Notes: a model not told the origin generated them from the sequence alone. 61,916 nucleotides of DNA, filler included, from 3 parts of 3 records of this genome joined end to end with filler, not necessarily neighbours in it; one strand, 5' to 3'. Positions 39,028-50,820 are shown, counted from the whole stretch's first letter. Made by a program: numbers and translations.

Positions 39028-40329
39028 ATGGAGCACGTGGTCATTGTGGGTAATGGGATCGCCGGGGTAACCGCGGCGCGACATATTCGCAAAAATTCTG
39101 ATAAAAAAATCACTGTTATTTCTGCGGAAAATGAGCATTTTTTTTCGCGCACGGCCTTGATGTATGTCTATATGGGCCATATGCGCTTTAAAGACCTCAA
39201 ACCTTATGAAGATCATTTTTGGTCCAAAAACCGAATCGACCTCAAACAAGCCTACGTCAAAAAAGTTGACACTGCAAACAAGACGCTCCTACTTGCAGAA
39301 GGCGATACGATGACTTATGACACCTTGATTCTCGCTACCGGATCTGTCCCTGCAACTTACGGTTGGAAGGGTCTTGAGCTGCAAGGCGTTCAAGGTTTAG
39401 TCTCTAAACAAGATCTTGAATTACTCGAGAAAAATGCCCCTAACAACGAAGTCTGCCCAAAGGCGGTGATTGTAGGCGGCGGACTCATAGGCGTTGAACT
39501 CGCCGAAATGCTGCATACGCGTAAGATCGAAGTTACGATGCTGGTACGCGAAAAAGGATTTTGGTCTAGCGTTTTGCCTGAAGCTGAGGCGCAAATGATT
39601 TCTGAGCACATAAAAAGTCATCACATTAATCTACTTCACGAAGAAGAATTAGATGAAATTCTTGGCGATGCGCAGGGTAACGTACGAGCCATACGCACAA
39701 AGAGCGGCAAAGAAATCAGCTGCAATTTGGTAGGAATAACCACGGGTGTTAAACCTAAAATTGATTTTTTAGAAGAGAGTGGCATCGCTACAGATAAAGG
39801 CATTCTGGTCAATCGACTGCTTCAAACCAATCAAGCCCACGTTTATGCCATTGGCGATTGTGCTCAGCAGCACGAAGCCATAGGTTTACGCAAACCGGTT
39901 GAGGCGGTTTGGTACACCGGCAGAATGATGGGAGAAACGGTGGCGCAAACCATCTGCGGGACGCCTTTTGAATACAATCCCGGAAATTGGTTTAACAGCG
40001 CAAAATTCTTTGATATTGAATATCAAACCTATGGTTATGTCTTTAGCGATAAAAACAAAAAACCTTACGAGGCGCATTTTCATTGGAAGCATCCTGACAA
40101 CACCAAATGCATCACTATTGCCTATCACAAGGAAACCCGTGCCTTTTTGGGCATCAACACTTTTGGTATTAGAATGCGACACGACGTTTTAGACCATTGG
40201 CTTAATACTCGAAAATCTGTTGACGAAGTAGTTCAAAATTTAGCGCAAGCCAATTTTGATCCTGAGTTTTTTAAATCCTATTATTCAAACATTAACGCTG
40301 CATTTAGTGGCGCAAATAGTAAAGCATGA
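39028..40329 (+). CDS. FAD/NAD(P)-dependent pyridine nucleotide-disulfide family oxidoreductase
   Basis: GNGIAG, ILATGS, VGGGLIGVELAE, YAIGDCA. Confidence 0.9.
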   Translation: MEHVVIVGNGIAGVTAARHIRKNSDKKITVISAENEHFFSRTALMYVYMGHMRFKDLKPYEDHFWSKNRIDLKQAYVKKVDTANKTLLLAEGDTMTYDTLILATGSVPATYGWKGLELQGVQGLVSKQDLELLEKNAPNNEVCPKAVIVGGGLIGVELAEMLHTRKIEVTMLVREKGFWSSVLPEAEAQMISEHIKSHHINLLHEEELDEILGDAQGNVRAIRTKSGKEISCNLVGITTGVKPKIDFLEESGIATDKGILVNRLLQTNQAHVYAIGDCAQQHEAIGLRKPVEAVWYTGRMMGETVAQTICGTPFEYNPGNWFNSAKFFDIEYQTYGYVFSDKNKKPYEAHFHWKHPDNTKCITIAYHKETRAFLGINTFGIRMRHDVLDHWLNTRKSVDEVVQNLAQANFDPEFFKSYYSNINAAFSGANSKA

Positions 40330-41915
40330 GTTCTGTACAACGCGATATGTCGCTCACCGGGCAACCACCGGCTGCATTAAACACGATTCAAAAATTGGCA
40401 ACGGCATTGGGCGTAGGCGGTTTGTTACTACTTGTACTCGCCATTTTTAATGTGCGGTTAATGAACCAAAGCCTATGGCTCACCACAGCGCTAACTTCGA
40501 TTTTTGTTGGGATCGTTTTGTTTTCTTACGGAGCTTATGCAGATAAGCAAGCCGGAATTAAAAACGACGGCGTCTGGCTTAAATCAATTTCTAATCACGG
40601 GTTTCTAGCTTGGGTTGCCGGTCTGGCATTGACCGGTTTTTACATTATACTCTACTTTAAAGCAGAACTTTTAGGTCTCAATACCGAAGGAGAAAACAGC
40701 GGACTCATCGCTTTATTTGATCCGCTGAGTAAAATTTTGAGCGGAAATCCTGCCAGCCAGTGGTTTGTGTACGGCACACTTTATACCATCGCCATACTTG
40801 GTTTTGGCATTAAGTTTTTATGGAAATACCGCCATAACCGCTACGAGCGCCTACGTACGCTAAGCGTGATGTTTTTTCAAACCGCTTTTGCTTTTCTGAT
40901 TCCGGAGTTTATGGCGCGACTGAATAGTGATGATTTCAATCTGCCGTATTACGATCTAAAGAACATCTGGCCGCTCAATTACTACAATTTTGAGCAATAC
41001 CGCGTGGATGGCTTCATCTCCTCAGGAAGCATCGGTCTGGCGCTGTTGATTTTTGGGATCGCTTCAATCTTTGTGATCACTCCTATTTTGACGTATAAAT
41101 ACGGAAAACGCTGGTATTGCAGTTGGGTGTGTGGTTGCGGCGGACTTGCAGAAACTGCGGGTGACCCTTTTAGGCATTTAAGTGATAAAAGCGAATTTGC
41201 CTGGAAGGTAGAACGCTGGGTGGTGCACAGTGTTTTAGTTTTTGTAGTGGTGATGACCACAGCCGTAGTCGCCACCTATCTGGGCTACGATTCTGAAAAA
41301 TACTGGCTAACCAAAGATGTGTTTCTCATTGGAGTTTCTGTTTTTCTCTCGGCGCTTTTCGGTTTGATCTGGCTTTTTAAAAAGGAAGAATTAAAGCAAG
41401 ATGCACGGTACGGTGCTATTGGTTATTTGGTCATCGTGCTCGCTTTAATAGGAATTCATTTTTCAAGCGGAAGCACACTTTTTTTAATTCCGGCAGAAAC
41501 CCTGCGTACCACTTACGGATTTTTAATTGGTAGTATTTTTAGTGGAGTGATTGGCACCGGCTTCTACCCTATTTTCGGAAACCGGGTGTGGTGTCGTTTT
41601 GGTTGCCCAATGGCGGCGATCCTGGGGCTTCAGCAGCGTTTATTTTCAAAATTCAGAATCACAACAAATGGTGGTCAATGCATTTCTTGCGGAAACTGCT
41701 CTAGCTATTGCGAAATGGGAATTGATGTACGCGCATACGCTCAGAAAGGTGAAAACATTGTTCGCGCCAGCTGTGTTGGTTGCGGAATCTGCTCTGCAGT
41801 TTGCCCGCGTGGGGTTTTAAAATTAGAAAATGCTTCTACCGAAAAACGCATCAACAGCCGCGAAGTGCTTCTAGGAAACGATGTTGATTTAATGGATTAT
41901 CTAAATCAAAATTAG
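40326..41915 (+). CDS. Polytopic membrane 4Fe-4S protein (NapH/MauN-like)
   Basis: YCSWVCGCG, WCRFGCP, CISCGNCSSYC, CVGCGICSAVCP. Confidence 0.9.
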   Translation: MSSVQRDMSLTGQPPAALNTIQKLATALGVGGLLLLVLAIFNVRLMNQSLWLTTALTSIFVGIVLFSYGAYADKQAGIKNDGVWLKSISNHGFLAWVAGLALTGFYIILYFKAELLGLNTEGENSGLIALFDPLSKILSGNPASQWFVYGTLYTIAILGFGIKFLWKYRHNRYERLRTLSVMFFQTAFAFLIPEFMARLNSDDFNLPYYDLKNIWPLNYYNFEQYRVDGFISSGSIGLALLIFGIASIFVITPILTYKYGKRWYCSWVCGCGGLAETAGDPFRHLSDKSEFAWKVERWVVHSVLVFVVVMTTAVVATYLGYDSEKYWLTKDVFLIGVSVFLSALFGLIWLFKKEELKQDARYGAIGYLVIVLALIGIHFSSGSTLFLIPAETLRTTYGFLIGSIFSGVIGTGFYPIFGNRVWCRFGCPMAAILGLQQRLFSKFRITTNGGQCISCGNCSSYCEMGIDVRAYAQKGENIVRASCVGCGICSAVCPRGVLKLENASTEKRINSREVLLGNDVDLMDYLNQN

Positions 41916-41955
41916 ATTTATTACTGTATATTAAACTCCTAAAATCTTTTACATT

Positions 41956-42168
41956 ATGATTCTCGGAATGGTAGGACCCTGGCAAGTACTTTTGATTTTA
42001 ATTTTTGGCGTATTCGGCTTGATCTTGCCTATCATTGCGTTGGTTGATATTGTGCGCCACGAGTTTTCCGGGAGCAACAAAATTATCTGGGTGCTCATTG
42101 TATTATTCTTCAATTTTCTGGGGTCAATACTTTACTTTTTAGTTGGGCGTAAACAACGTATAAATTAA
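41956..42168 (+). CDS. PLDc_N domain small membrane protein
   Basis: KIIWVLIVLFFNFLGSILYFLVGR. Confidence 0.85.
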   Translation: MILGMVGPWQVLLILIFGVFGLILPIIALVDIVRHEFSGSNKIIWVLIVLFFNFLGSILYFLVGRKQRIN

Positions 42169-42244
42169 AAATCGACGCTAAGTTTTTCGATGTACTTCTG
42201 CTGAAAGGCTAAAAGTACCGTAGCAATCGCTTTCCATTTAAAAC

Positions 42245-42274
42245 AAAAAAAAGGCGGAAGTCTCCACTTCCACC
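42245..42274 (-). terminator. Intrinsic terminator on the minus strand
   Basis: Minus strand reads GGTGGAAGT-GGAG-ACTTCCGCC-T8. Confidence 0.75.
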
Positions 42275-42552
42275 TTTAAACAAATCATATAACAAACAAA
42301 CAATCTTCAGTTTTTGGTATTAAGGCTAATCAATACAACATGAGTTCTATTTAAAGATCAATACTGTCAGTATAGTTTTTAACATCAATCACTTACATAT
42401 ACGTTAGGTTTGTGCGTTCGGTTTTCAACATCAGTGTTAAAATATTGAAGCTTACACAAATAACCTCTTTACAAAGAAGTGCTGCCGTAAGCTATTTTTG
42501 AAAAACCGACTATAGCCGTATACGATTTGTATTTTATAAAACCCCTGCGTTC

Positions 42553-43242
42553 ATGACCTTGATTAAGGTAATTATTCCTGCTTTTAACGAAGAAGATTCG
42601 ATAGGTCTGGTGATCAAAGACATCCCGAATCATGTCGACGAGATCATTGTAGTGAATAACAATTCTACTGATCAAACTGAAGCACGGGCGCAAGAAGCAG
42701 GAGCTGTAGTCCTCAGGGAAAACAGACCCGGCTATGGTTTGGCCTGCCTCAAAGGAATGCAATACATTGCTGCGCAAGAGCAAAAGCCCGATATCGTGGT
42801 CTTTCTGGATGGCGATTATAGCGATTACCCAGAGCAATTAGACGAACTCGTAACTCCTATTATTCACGAAGGTATTGACTTTGTGATTGGCGCTCGCGTA
42901 AAACGCTTTCGCGAAAGCGGGAGTATGACGTTTCCGCAGCGTTTTGGCAATTGGCTCGCAACAACGCTAATGCGCTGGATCTTTGATTCGAGATTTACAG
43001 ATCTTGGTCCATTTAGAGCGATCAAATACGATAAGTTGCTCGCTTTAAATATGCAAGATCAAACCTACGGATGGACGGTAGAAATGCAGCTTAAAGCCTT
43101 AAAGCAAAAATTAAGCTATGTAGAAATACCCGTAAAATACCGAAACCGCATAGGAGTTTCTAAAGTTTCAGGAACCGTCAAAGGTGCTATATTTGCCGGT
43201 GTAAAAATTCTAGGCTGGATTTTTAAGTACAGTTTTAAGTAA
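42553..43242 (+). CDS. GT2 glycosyltransferase (DPM1/polyprenol-phosphate sugar synthase-like)
   Basis: IIPAFNEE, VNNNSTD, FLDGDYSD, TDLGPFRAI. Confidence 0.88.
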   Translation: MTLIKVIIPAFNEEDSIGLVIKDIPNHVDEIIVVNNNSTDQTEARAQEAGAVVLRENRPGYGLACLKGMQYIAAQEQKPDIVVFLDGDYSDYPEQLDELVTPIIHEGIDFVIGARVKRFRESGSMTFPQRFGNWLATTLMRWIFDSRFTDLGPFRAIKYDKLLALNMQDQTYGWTVEMQLKALKQKLSYVEIPVKYRNRIGVSKVSGTVKGAIFAGVKILGWIFKYSFK

Positions 43243-44714
43243 TGCAAACCGCGATTGTCATCATTTATACGTTGGCGCTAACAGTGATCTTTCTGTATAG
43301 CCTGGCACAACTGAATCTGCTTTTGAATTATTTAAAAGCGAAAAAAAAGAAAGATGACGCTCCGGTTTTTGACTTTTCTAAAGCTGAAGAAATTCCGTTT
43401 GTAACCATTCAATTGCCACTTTATAATGAATTGTATGTGGTAGAACGGCTGCTTGACAATATTGCACAAATAGATTACCCGCTAGACAAACTCGAGATTC
43501 AGGTTCTCGATGATTCTACCGATGAAAGTCTGCAAACCACGCAATCTAAAATTGAAGATTTACAGGCGGCGGGAATCCCAATAAAACACCTCACGCGCAA
43601 TAACCGCCAAGGTTTTAAAGCAGGTGCATTAAAAGAAGGACTTGCGATCGCAAAAGGCGAATTTATCGCCATTTTTGATTCAGACTTTGTGCCTAATCCT
43701 GATTGGTTGCAAAAGACTGTGCCTTACTTTAAAGATGAAAAAATAGGAGTGGTACAAACGCGCTGGGCGCACCTCAACCGAGATTATTCATTGCTTACCA
43801 AGATTCAGGCGTTTGCACTAGACTTTCACTTTGTGTTGGAACAAGTAGGTCGCAATTTCGGACATCATTTTATCAACTTTAATGGCACAGCGGGTATCTG
43901 GCGCAAGACGTGTATTCTAGATGCAGGTAACTGGCAGGGCGACACCCTAACCGAAGATCTTGATCTTAGCTATCGTGCACAGTTAAAAAAATGGGATTTT
44001 AAGTATCTGGAAGATGTTGAAACCCCGGCAGAATTACCGGTTGCCATTAGCGCAGCCCGCTCGCAACAATTTAGATGGAATAAAGGCGCAGCAGAGAATT
44101 TTCAGAAGCTTTATGGGCGCTTGCTCAAAGATCCTTCGGTAAGTTTTAAGACTAAATTTCATAGTTTTTTTCATCTGCTTAACAGCAGTATGTTCCTTTT
44201 AGTACTACTGGTAGCTATTTTAAGCGTTCCTATTTTGTACATCAAAAACAATAATCCTAACTACAGCTGGTATTTTAATGTGATCGCTGCTTTTGCAGTA
44301 AGTACGGTCATTTTCTTTGGCTGTTATTGGGTGACTTATAAGCGTATTCACGGCGGTGGAATCAAAAATTTCTTTAAGTATATCGGAATGTTTTTTACGT
44401 TCTTTTCGGTGGCGATGGGCTTTAGCGTGCACAACTCACTTGCTGTATTAGAGGGACATTTTGGTAAAAAATCAGAATTTATACGCACGCCAAAATTTAA
44501 TGTCAGCAAATTAGGCGAACAATGGAGCGGTAATATTTATCTCAAAAAGAATCTTTCCTCAGGTATGCTATTAGAAAGTATACTGTTTCTCTATTTTGGT
44601 TTTGCCATCTACAGCGCTTTTAAGGTGAATGACTTCGGGTTGATCCTTTTTCATCTGATGCTTTTTGCGGGATTCGGATTTGTTGCCTTCAAGTCCATCT
44701 TTAGCCGAATCTAA
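43242..44714 (+). CDS. Processive-type GT2, cellulose-synthase-like (CSLA/CSLC-like)
   Basis: QLPLYNE, LDDSTD, FKAGAL, FDSDF, FNGTAG, TEDLD, QQFRW; C-terminal TMs. Confidence 0.9.
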   Translation: MQTAIVIIYTLALTVIFLYSLAQLNLLLNYLKAKKKKDDAPVFDFSKAEEIPFVTIQLPLYNELYVVERLLDNIAQIDYPLDKLEIQVLDDSTDESLQTTQSKIEDLQAAGIPIKHLTRNNRQGFKAGALKEGLAIAKGEFIAIFDSDFVPNPDWLQKTVPYFKDEKIGVVQTRWAHLNRDYSLLTKIQAFALDFHFVLEQVGRNFGHHFINFNGTAGIWRKTCILDAGNWQGDTLTEDLDLSYRAQLKKWDFKYLEDVETPAELPVAISAARSQQFRWNKGAAENFQKLYGRLLKDPSVSFKTKFHSFFHLLNSSMFLLVLLVAILSVPILYIKNNNPNYSWYFNVIAAFAVSTVIFFGCYWVTYKRIHGGGIKNFFKYIGMFFTFFSVAMGFSVHNSLAVLEGHFGKKSEFIRTPKFNVSKLGEQWSGNIYLKKNLSSGMLLESILFLYFGFAIYSAFKVNDFGLILFHLMLFAGFGFVAFKSIFSRI

Positions 44715-44769
44715 TTGAGATTCTCAAGCAAAATAGATTCTGTATTTTTAGGCTCTCAACAACTTCTTA

Positions 44770-46173
44770 ATGCTTGAAACCTTAAAAGTTTATAAAATTC
44801 AGATAGTAATGGCGGTAACGCTTTTAGGCTTCTATGCAGCCTTTGCTTACGATCTGGAGCGTTATGATTTTATACGGTTGATCAGTCTTTATGCCGGAGC
44901 ATTCTTCCTAAGCTATAAGCTTATTCAGTCCTTTAAATTCAACGTTAAGATCTTGCTGATCCTTAGTATTGCTGCACGGCTGGTTTTTCTAATCGCACTG
45001 CCCAATCTTTCTCAAGATTATTTCAGGTTTTTATGGGATGGAAGGTTGCTTGCAGAAGGCCTCAACCCATATTTAAACACACCTGATCAGTGGGTTGCTT
45101 TAGGTGAAATACCCGTTGCACAAGCTCAGGATTTATTAAACGGAATGGGCGCTCTCAGCCGGCAACATTACTCAAATTATCCACCGGTAAATCAATTCTT
45201 CTTTTGGCTTTCGGGAATTTTAAGTGGAAACTCAATTTTAGGAGGTGTGATCGTTTTGCGTATCTGCTGTATTGCTGCAGACTTAGGAATCTTCTGGATA
45301 GGAAGAAAATTATTAAAAAAACTAAAACTGCCCGAAAATCAAATCTTCTGGTATTTTTTAAATCCGTTTATCATCATCGAGCTCACCGGGAATTTGCATT
45401 TTGAAGGGGTGATGTTATTTTTCTTGCTGGCTTCTCTCTATCTTTTATTCAGAGGAAACTGGTTCTGGTCTGCACTCTTGATGGGACTTTCCATTGCTAT
45501 CAAATTACTACCCTTGCTGATGCTTCCGTTATTCTTTCAGTATTTGATCACAGCGCATTCAAAAACCGAAGAAAACTCAAAACCTTTTACAATTTTAGCT
45601 GAAAAACCGCTGCAATTCCTATGGAAGTTATTTCGGTATTATTTTGTGGTAATTGGTGTTTTTATACTCAGCTTCACACCCTTTTTTACCGAAGAATTAA
45701 TTGCTCATTTTTCACAAACCATCGGACTTTGGTTTCAAAAATTTGAATTCAATGCCAGTGTGTATTATATCATACGATGGATTGGTTTTCAAGTGAAAGG
45801 ATACAATATCATCGCCACTGCAGGAACATTGTTGCCAATTGTAGTTATTGTAGGATTAATGCTTCTTGCTTTATTCAGAAAAAATGATCGTAAGCAACAT
45901 TTAATGAGCACCTTACTTTTAGGTACTTCGCTTTATTTTCTCTGTGCCACAACGGTTCATCCTTGGTATATCGCAACCCCTTTATTACTTTCAATCTTTA
46001 CAAGATTTCGCTTTGCGATTGTATGGAGTTTAGTCGTTTTCCTCAGCTATTCTGCGTATAAAATAGATCGCGTAGAAGAAAACTTTTGGTTGGTCGCTGC
46101 AGAATATTTGGTAGTACTAGGATTTTTTATCTGGGAGTTCTACACAAATAATCTGTTGGAGAAAACACGCTAA
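44770..46173 (+). CDS. Polytopic GT-C glycosyltransferase (GT87/mannosyltransferase-like)
   Basis: LSQDYFRFLWDG, NYPP, GNLHFEG, VHPWY; many TMs. Confidence 0.8.
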   Translation: MLETLKVYKIQIVMAVTLLGFYAAFAYDLERYDFIRLISLYAGAFFLSYKLIQSFKFNVKILLILSIAARLVFLIALPNLSQDYFRFLWDGRLLAEGLNPYLNTPDQWVALGEIPVAQAQDLLNGMGALSRQHYSNYPPVNQFFFWLSGILSGNSILGGVIVLRICCIAADLGIFWIGRKLLKKLKLPENQIFWYFLNPFIIIELTGNLHFEGVMLFFLLASLYLLFRGNWFWSALLMGLSIAIKLLPLLMLPLFFQYLITAHSKTEENSKPFTILAEKPLQFLWKLFRYYFVVIGVFILSFTPFFTEELIAHFSQTIGLWFQKFEFNASVYYIIRWIGFQVKGYNIIATAGTLLPIVVIVGLMLLALFRKNDRKQHLMSTLLLGTSLYFLCATTVHPWYIATPLLLSIFTRFRFAIVWSLVVFLSYSAYKIDRVEENFWLVAAEYLVVLGFFIWEFYTNNLLEKTR

Positions 46174-46238
46174 AACAAGCTTCAATTTTTCAAGAATAAG
46201 ATAACTTTACTAGTTCTAGTGCCCTCTAAACCACTTAA

Positions 46239-48827
46239 ATGAAAACTCTTTTTGTAGGTTGCTTATTTGCTTTGTGTTTCTTTTGTGCAAATTCTCAAAC
46301 CACTACAATACCTGATGCTAATTTTGAACAATTCCTTGTTGATCAAGGTATTGATTCTAACGGACTTAATGGCAATATTCTTAATGCAGATGCTCAAGCG
46401 GTAACAGCCCTCAACATTTCAACAAACACTATTACAGATTTTACCGGCCTTGAAGCTTTTGTAAATCTAATTACTCTAGACGCCGGGACTAATCAGTTTG
46501 CTACGTTACCATTAACAACGCTCTCTTTATTGGAGGAACTCGTTTTTAACCAAAATATGGTGTTGGCTAGTTTAGATCTAAGCGGTAATCCCAATCTTAA
46601 ACGATTTCAAGCGAGAGCAAATGGAGGATCAAATTCTGGGCCTATTACCGTTATCGACCTTAGCAATAACCTGCAACTCGAAGATATCAATATCTATAAT
46701 TTTAGAAATCTTCAAAATGTGATTTTCCCAGACACCAATACTGTGGTTTCTATTTACTTGTTAATGCACAATGATATTACGGTCGATTTTTCGGGTTATA
46801 GCAGTCTGGAGTCTTTGTCGCTAAGCACAAATTTCAATAATAATTATCCCATCACCGCCACGCTTCCAAGTGAGCAAAACACACTCAAAACAGTTGCTAT
46901 TCAAGGTGGGAATATTATAGATGTTGATTTGTCAAATTTTTTGGCACTTGAAGCAATTTCACTTCAAAGCACAAATACCGAAACTATCGATATACCCCAA
47001 ACGTCAACCTTGACCGCCATAAGTATTAGCGACCACAATATTGCTTCTGCTTCCTTTGCTGATGCAAGTATGCTGCAAAACTTAACTATTACCAGAAAAC
47101 AAGAAAGTCCCGGCTTACAACTTGACATAACGCAAAATGAGGCATTAACAACCCTAAATGCCAGTCATAACTATATGGATGCCCTTGATCTAAGTCAAAA
47201 TACAAACTTAAGCGACCTACGATTAGCTCATAACTCATTTGCAACCTTAGAAACAAGCCAGAACCTTAACTTGGTTTATCTGGATGCCTCTTATAATTTA
47301 ATCTCGAGTCTTGATCTTTCTACAAACACGATTCTTGAAAGACTTATCTTAAATAACAATGAACTGCCTGGCATAGATCTTCAGGCCAATATTTTTCTCG
47401 AAAATTTGAATTTGGGAACTAATAAAATCCCCACATTAGATGTATCATCTAATAGCGAGTTAAGAATGTTATACATAGATGACAATCTGTTTGCGAATAC
47501 AGGACTTGATCTTACTCAAAACCCTGAACTACACTATCTCGATGCGTCAAACAATCAAATTGAATCCTTAGACATTACTCAGAATATTAAATTGGGTTCT
47601 TTAATCTTGCATCATAATCTATTCTCGGGTACAGATATTATAGATCAATATTATGATATATGGAACGCAAATGGTGCTTTGGGAGCTTCTGATGAACTTG
47701 ATGTAAGCTATAATCTTTTATCTGGCAGAATTCCAGATTTTGCAAATCTTGCTGTAGATAGACGAACTAACTACTTTGAATTAAGGTTTAACGACAATTA
47801 TTTTCATTTTGGCGATTTTGAAGCCGAGCACCTCAGCTATGTTGATCTCTTGAACACCTATTGGTCTTCATCCCCTTCACTTGTTTTGTTTAGAGCATAC
47901 ACTTATGCTCCTCAGGCAAAAGTTAACGAGGTTGAAACTATTGCGCCCAATGCAGGTGAAAACATCACGCTTACTACTACGGTACGCGGTAATCAAAATC
48001 ATTACAAATGGTTTAAGGATGGGATAGAACTAGCCGATGCTCCAGATGCTCCAGAACTTATTCTAACCGATGTGAATGATTGCGATAGCGGTATTTATCA
48101 TAGTGAAATCACTAGTGATTTGGTTCCGTTTGAAAATTCAAACGCTCCGGGATCGGGTGGGAAAAATCTATTACTCCAGCGTAATGACATTACAGTTGAT
48201 GTTACCGTAAATAAAACTTGCGTCAGCTTAACAAACCCAGTAAACACAGCAACTGATGTTGCAATAAATACTGGAATCGCTTGGGAAAATACTAATGGTG
48301 CCTGCGGATATATTTTAAGTGTAGGCACTAGTTCTGGAGGAGTAGATCTAGTGAACAACTTAGATGTTGGTGATCTTGAGCTCTACAATTTTGAAAATGA
48401 CCTACCTGCTAACCAAGATATATATGTTACTATAACCCCTTATTTTTCTGATGGTGAGATTTCGGGCTGTACAGAAGAAATGTTTACTACAAGCACTCTA
48501 GTGATTCCGCCAGATTGCACACAATTGAGCCGCCCTTTAAATGGTGCTCAAGAGGTAGCTTTAACTTCTGACCTGTATTGGGAACCGGCAAATGCTGCTG
48601 ATAATTATATTGTACAGGTAGGCACTTCATCAGGAACTGACAATGTTTTAAATCAAACTGTTGCTTCAACGTATTATGAAGTTCCTGAAGACACCTTTGA
48701 AGCAGGAACTGAATATTTTGTGACTATAATACCTACTAATACGCTTGGAAACGCTACAGGCTGTACGGAAACATCCTTCACAACTGAAACACTCATTACA
48801 CCACCAGCTTGTACCACTTTAACGAGT
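46239..48827 (+). CDS. Large secreted LRR + Ig/FnIII-like surface protein (3' truncated)
   Basis: Signal peptide, IPDANFEQ, LRR repeats (LD.S.N.I.SLD), YKWFKDG Ig motif, repeated C..L..P.N...GY...VGT modules. Confidence 0.8.
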
Positions 48828-48927
48828 NNNNNNNNNNNNNNNNNNNNNNNNNNNNNNNNNNNNNNNNNNNNTTAATTAATTAANNNNNNNNNNNNNNNNN
48901 NNNNNNNNNNNNNNNNNNNNNNNNNNN
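48828..48927. other. Artificial contig linker
   Basis: 44 N + TTAATTAATTAA + 44 N. Confidence 0.98.
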
Positions 48928-50820
48928 ATAATCTGAAGGACTCACCAAGGAATTGATATGCTCGGCGATGAAAAAGATGCGCGTCTGGCGAACTTTCATA
49001 TTGAAAAACAAATCTAACAAAGGAAAACCACCCAACTTCTGATCGTTCTGAACGTAAAATTCGGCAAGTACAGGATCATACGCGTTCATATTATATTCAG
49101 TGAAATAATTGAATCTGAAACCTGTTTGAACGAAAAGCGCCTTTTGAAACCATTCATCTGTATAATACAAGGTGTTTCGCGTGATGATTTCAGGAACATT
49201 AAAATAACTCATCCCTGAACTAACATTTTGATAAGCAACCGTATTATCTAAACCGAATTTGCCCAATCTAAATTCCTTATTGAGCTTAACTTTTAAATAG
49301 GTGACATTGGCATCTGCCTGAAAAGATTGCACCAAGCCGGCGTTATTTCTACCGAAATAAGCATAATCTGCGATACTCACTAAACTAGCAGAAGCATTGA
49401 ACCATTTTTTTGATTCCATCTTAAAATCGAGAGAACTGGTCTTTACGTTCTCATAATTTTCAGCATTGTACCAGTTGTAATTCTGGTAACTGCTTTGATA
49501 CAGCAAGTGATTATAATTTGCAGGAGAAGAATTGATATGAATTCCGCCAGAAAATGCTGCTTTATCTTTTAATTTAAAACTAGCCTCTGCATTAAAATCT
49601 AAGCCCGAAAAGTCACCTACCACATTGGTCTGTGCTTCGCCTTTTAATTGAAATTCTTTATACGCTTTTCTATAAGAAGCTCCGACTGCAATAATATCTC
49701 CCTGAAGTGCATTGGGAATCGTCTCATCTTCTCGAACGAGCACCGAGTTATAGCCATAATTGTAATAGGTATGATTGGCCTGAAAATTTAGCATCCCTAA
49801 AATATTATTAGAATACTCTACAAAAACTCTATTGTTCAATTCTTCATAATCTGTGCGATCTACCAAATTAGAAGTCACAAAAGATTCACCGAAAAGATCA
49901 GTAGCGGGAGTGGTTTGCCTATATTCAAAGAACTTGTCTTCATAATTGAGGATATGCCCTATTTGAATTCTATTCTTATTGACGCTGTCATTCTGCTTAA
50001 TTAAGTCGTAGCGCTGATTAATGTAAAATCTGGCTCCATCGAGAATACTTTCGGCATCTTCAAAGTTAACTGACAGCCTAGCACGATCATTGAACTGGGA
50101 ATCGCCTCCTGCAAAATTAATCAAGGCTTGATCTGTAAGGCCACCGTTTTCTTCGTTTAGTAAATCCTGCGCCACATAATGAGCTTTAACGTTGTAACGG
50201 TTATTTTTTGATTGATAATTCGTCGTGAATCTGAAATTCCCCGTACTGGTAAGTGCGTTTTGATATTTACCCAAACTTCGCAACCCCTTATAAGCGATCG
50301 AAAAATTGAAGCGTTTAGATTTATTCATCGTGAAAAACGCATCAAGATTTTGGCCTTGAGAGAATACACTTTTATAATACAGCTCGGTTAACGGCGTGGG
50401 AACTTGATAATAAAAAATATCATCGACCTCCATATAATTGAAATGCCGCGCGCGGGCTCCAAATTCAGGCATCACTTTTTCACTATCAAAAGTATAGGCC
50501 AGCGTATTATAGGTTTGCCCTTCATTAGCAAATGGAAGCAACTCAAAATTGTCTTTCCTGAGGTAATTATACTTGTAGAGTTTCTCTACCGTAAGTGACG
50601 TATCGACAATGGTGGTATCATTTTCTACTGAAATGATTTTGTATAGATCTAAGGGTGGGCGTTGGCGTGCTGCTCGATTTTTAAGACCTCTATTAGTTAA
50701 ACTGTCTTCATAACTGTTTCTCCCTCCTCCTTCACGTCTAATTGTAGAATTATCTTGAGAAAACATCTTAAAACCAAACATTAATACAATGATGCAAGTA
50801 AGTTTAATCCTAAAACCCAT
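48928..50820 (-). CDS. Putative porin, Bacteroidota type (3' truncated)
   Basis: Signal peptide; TPLTELYY and YKGLRSLGKY; alternating beta-strand pattern. Confidence 0.8.
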
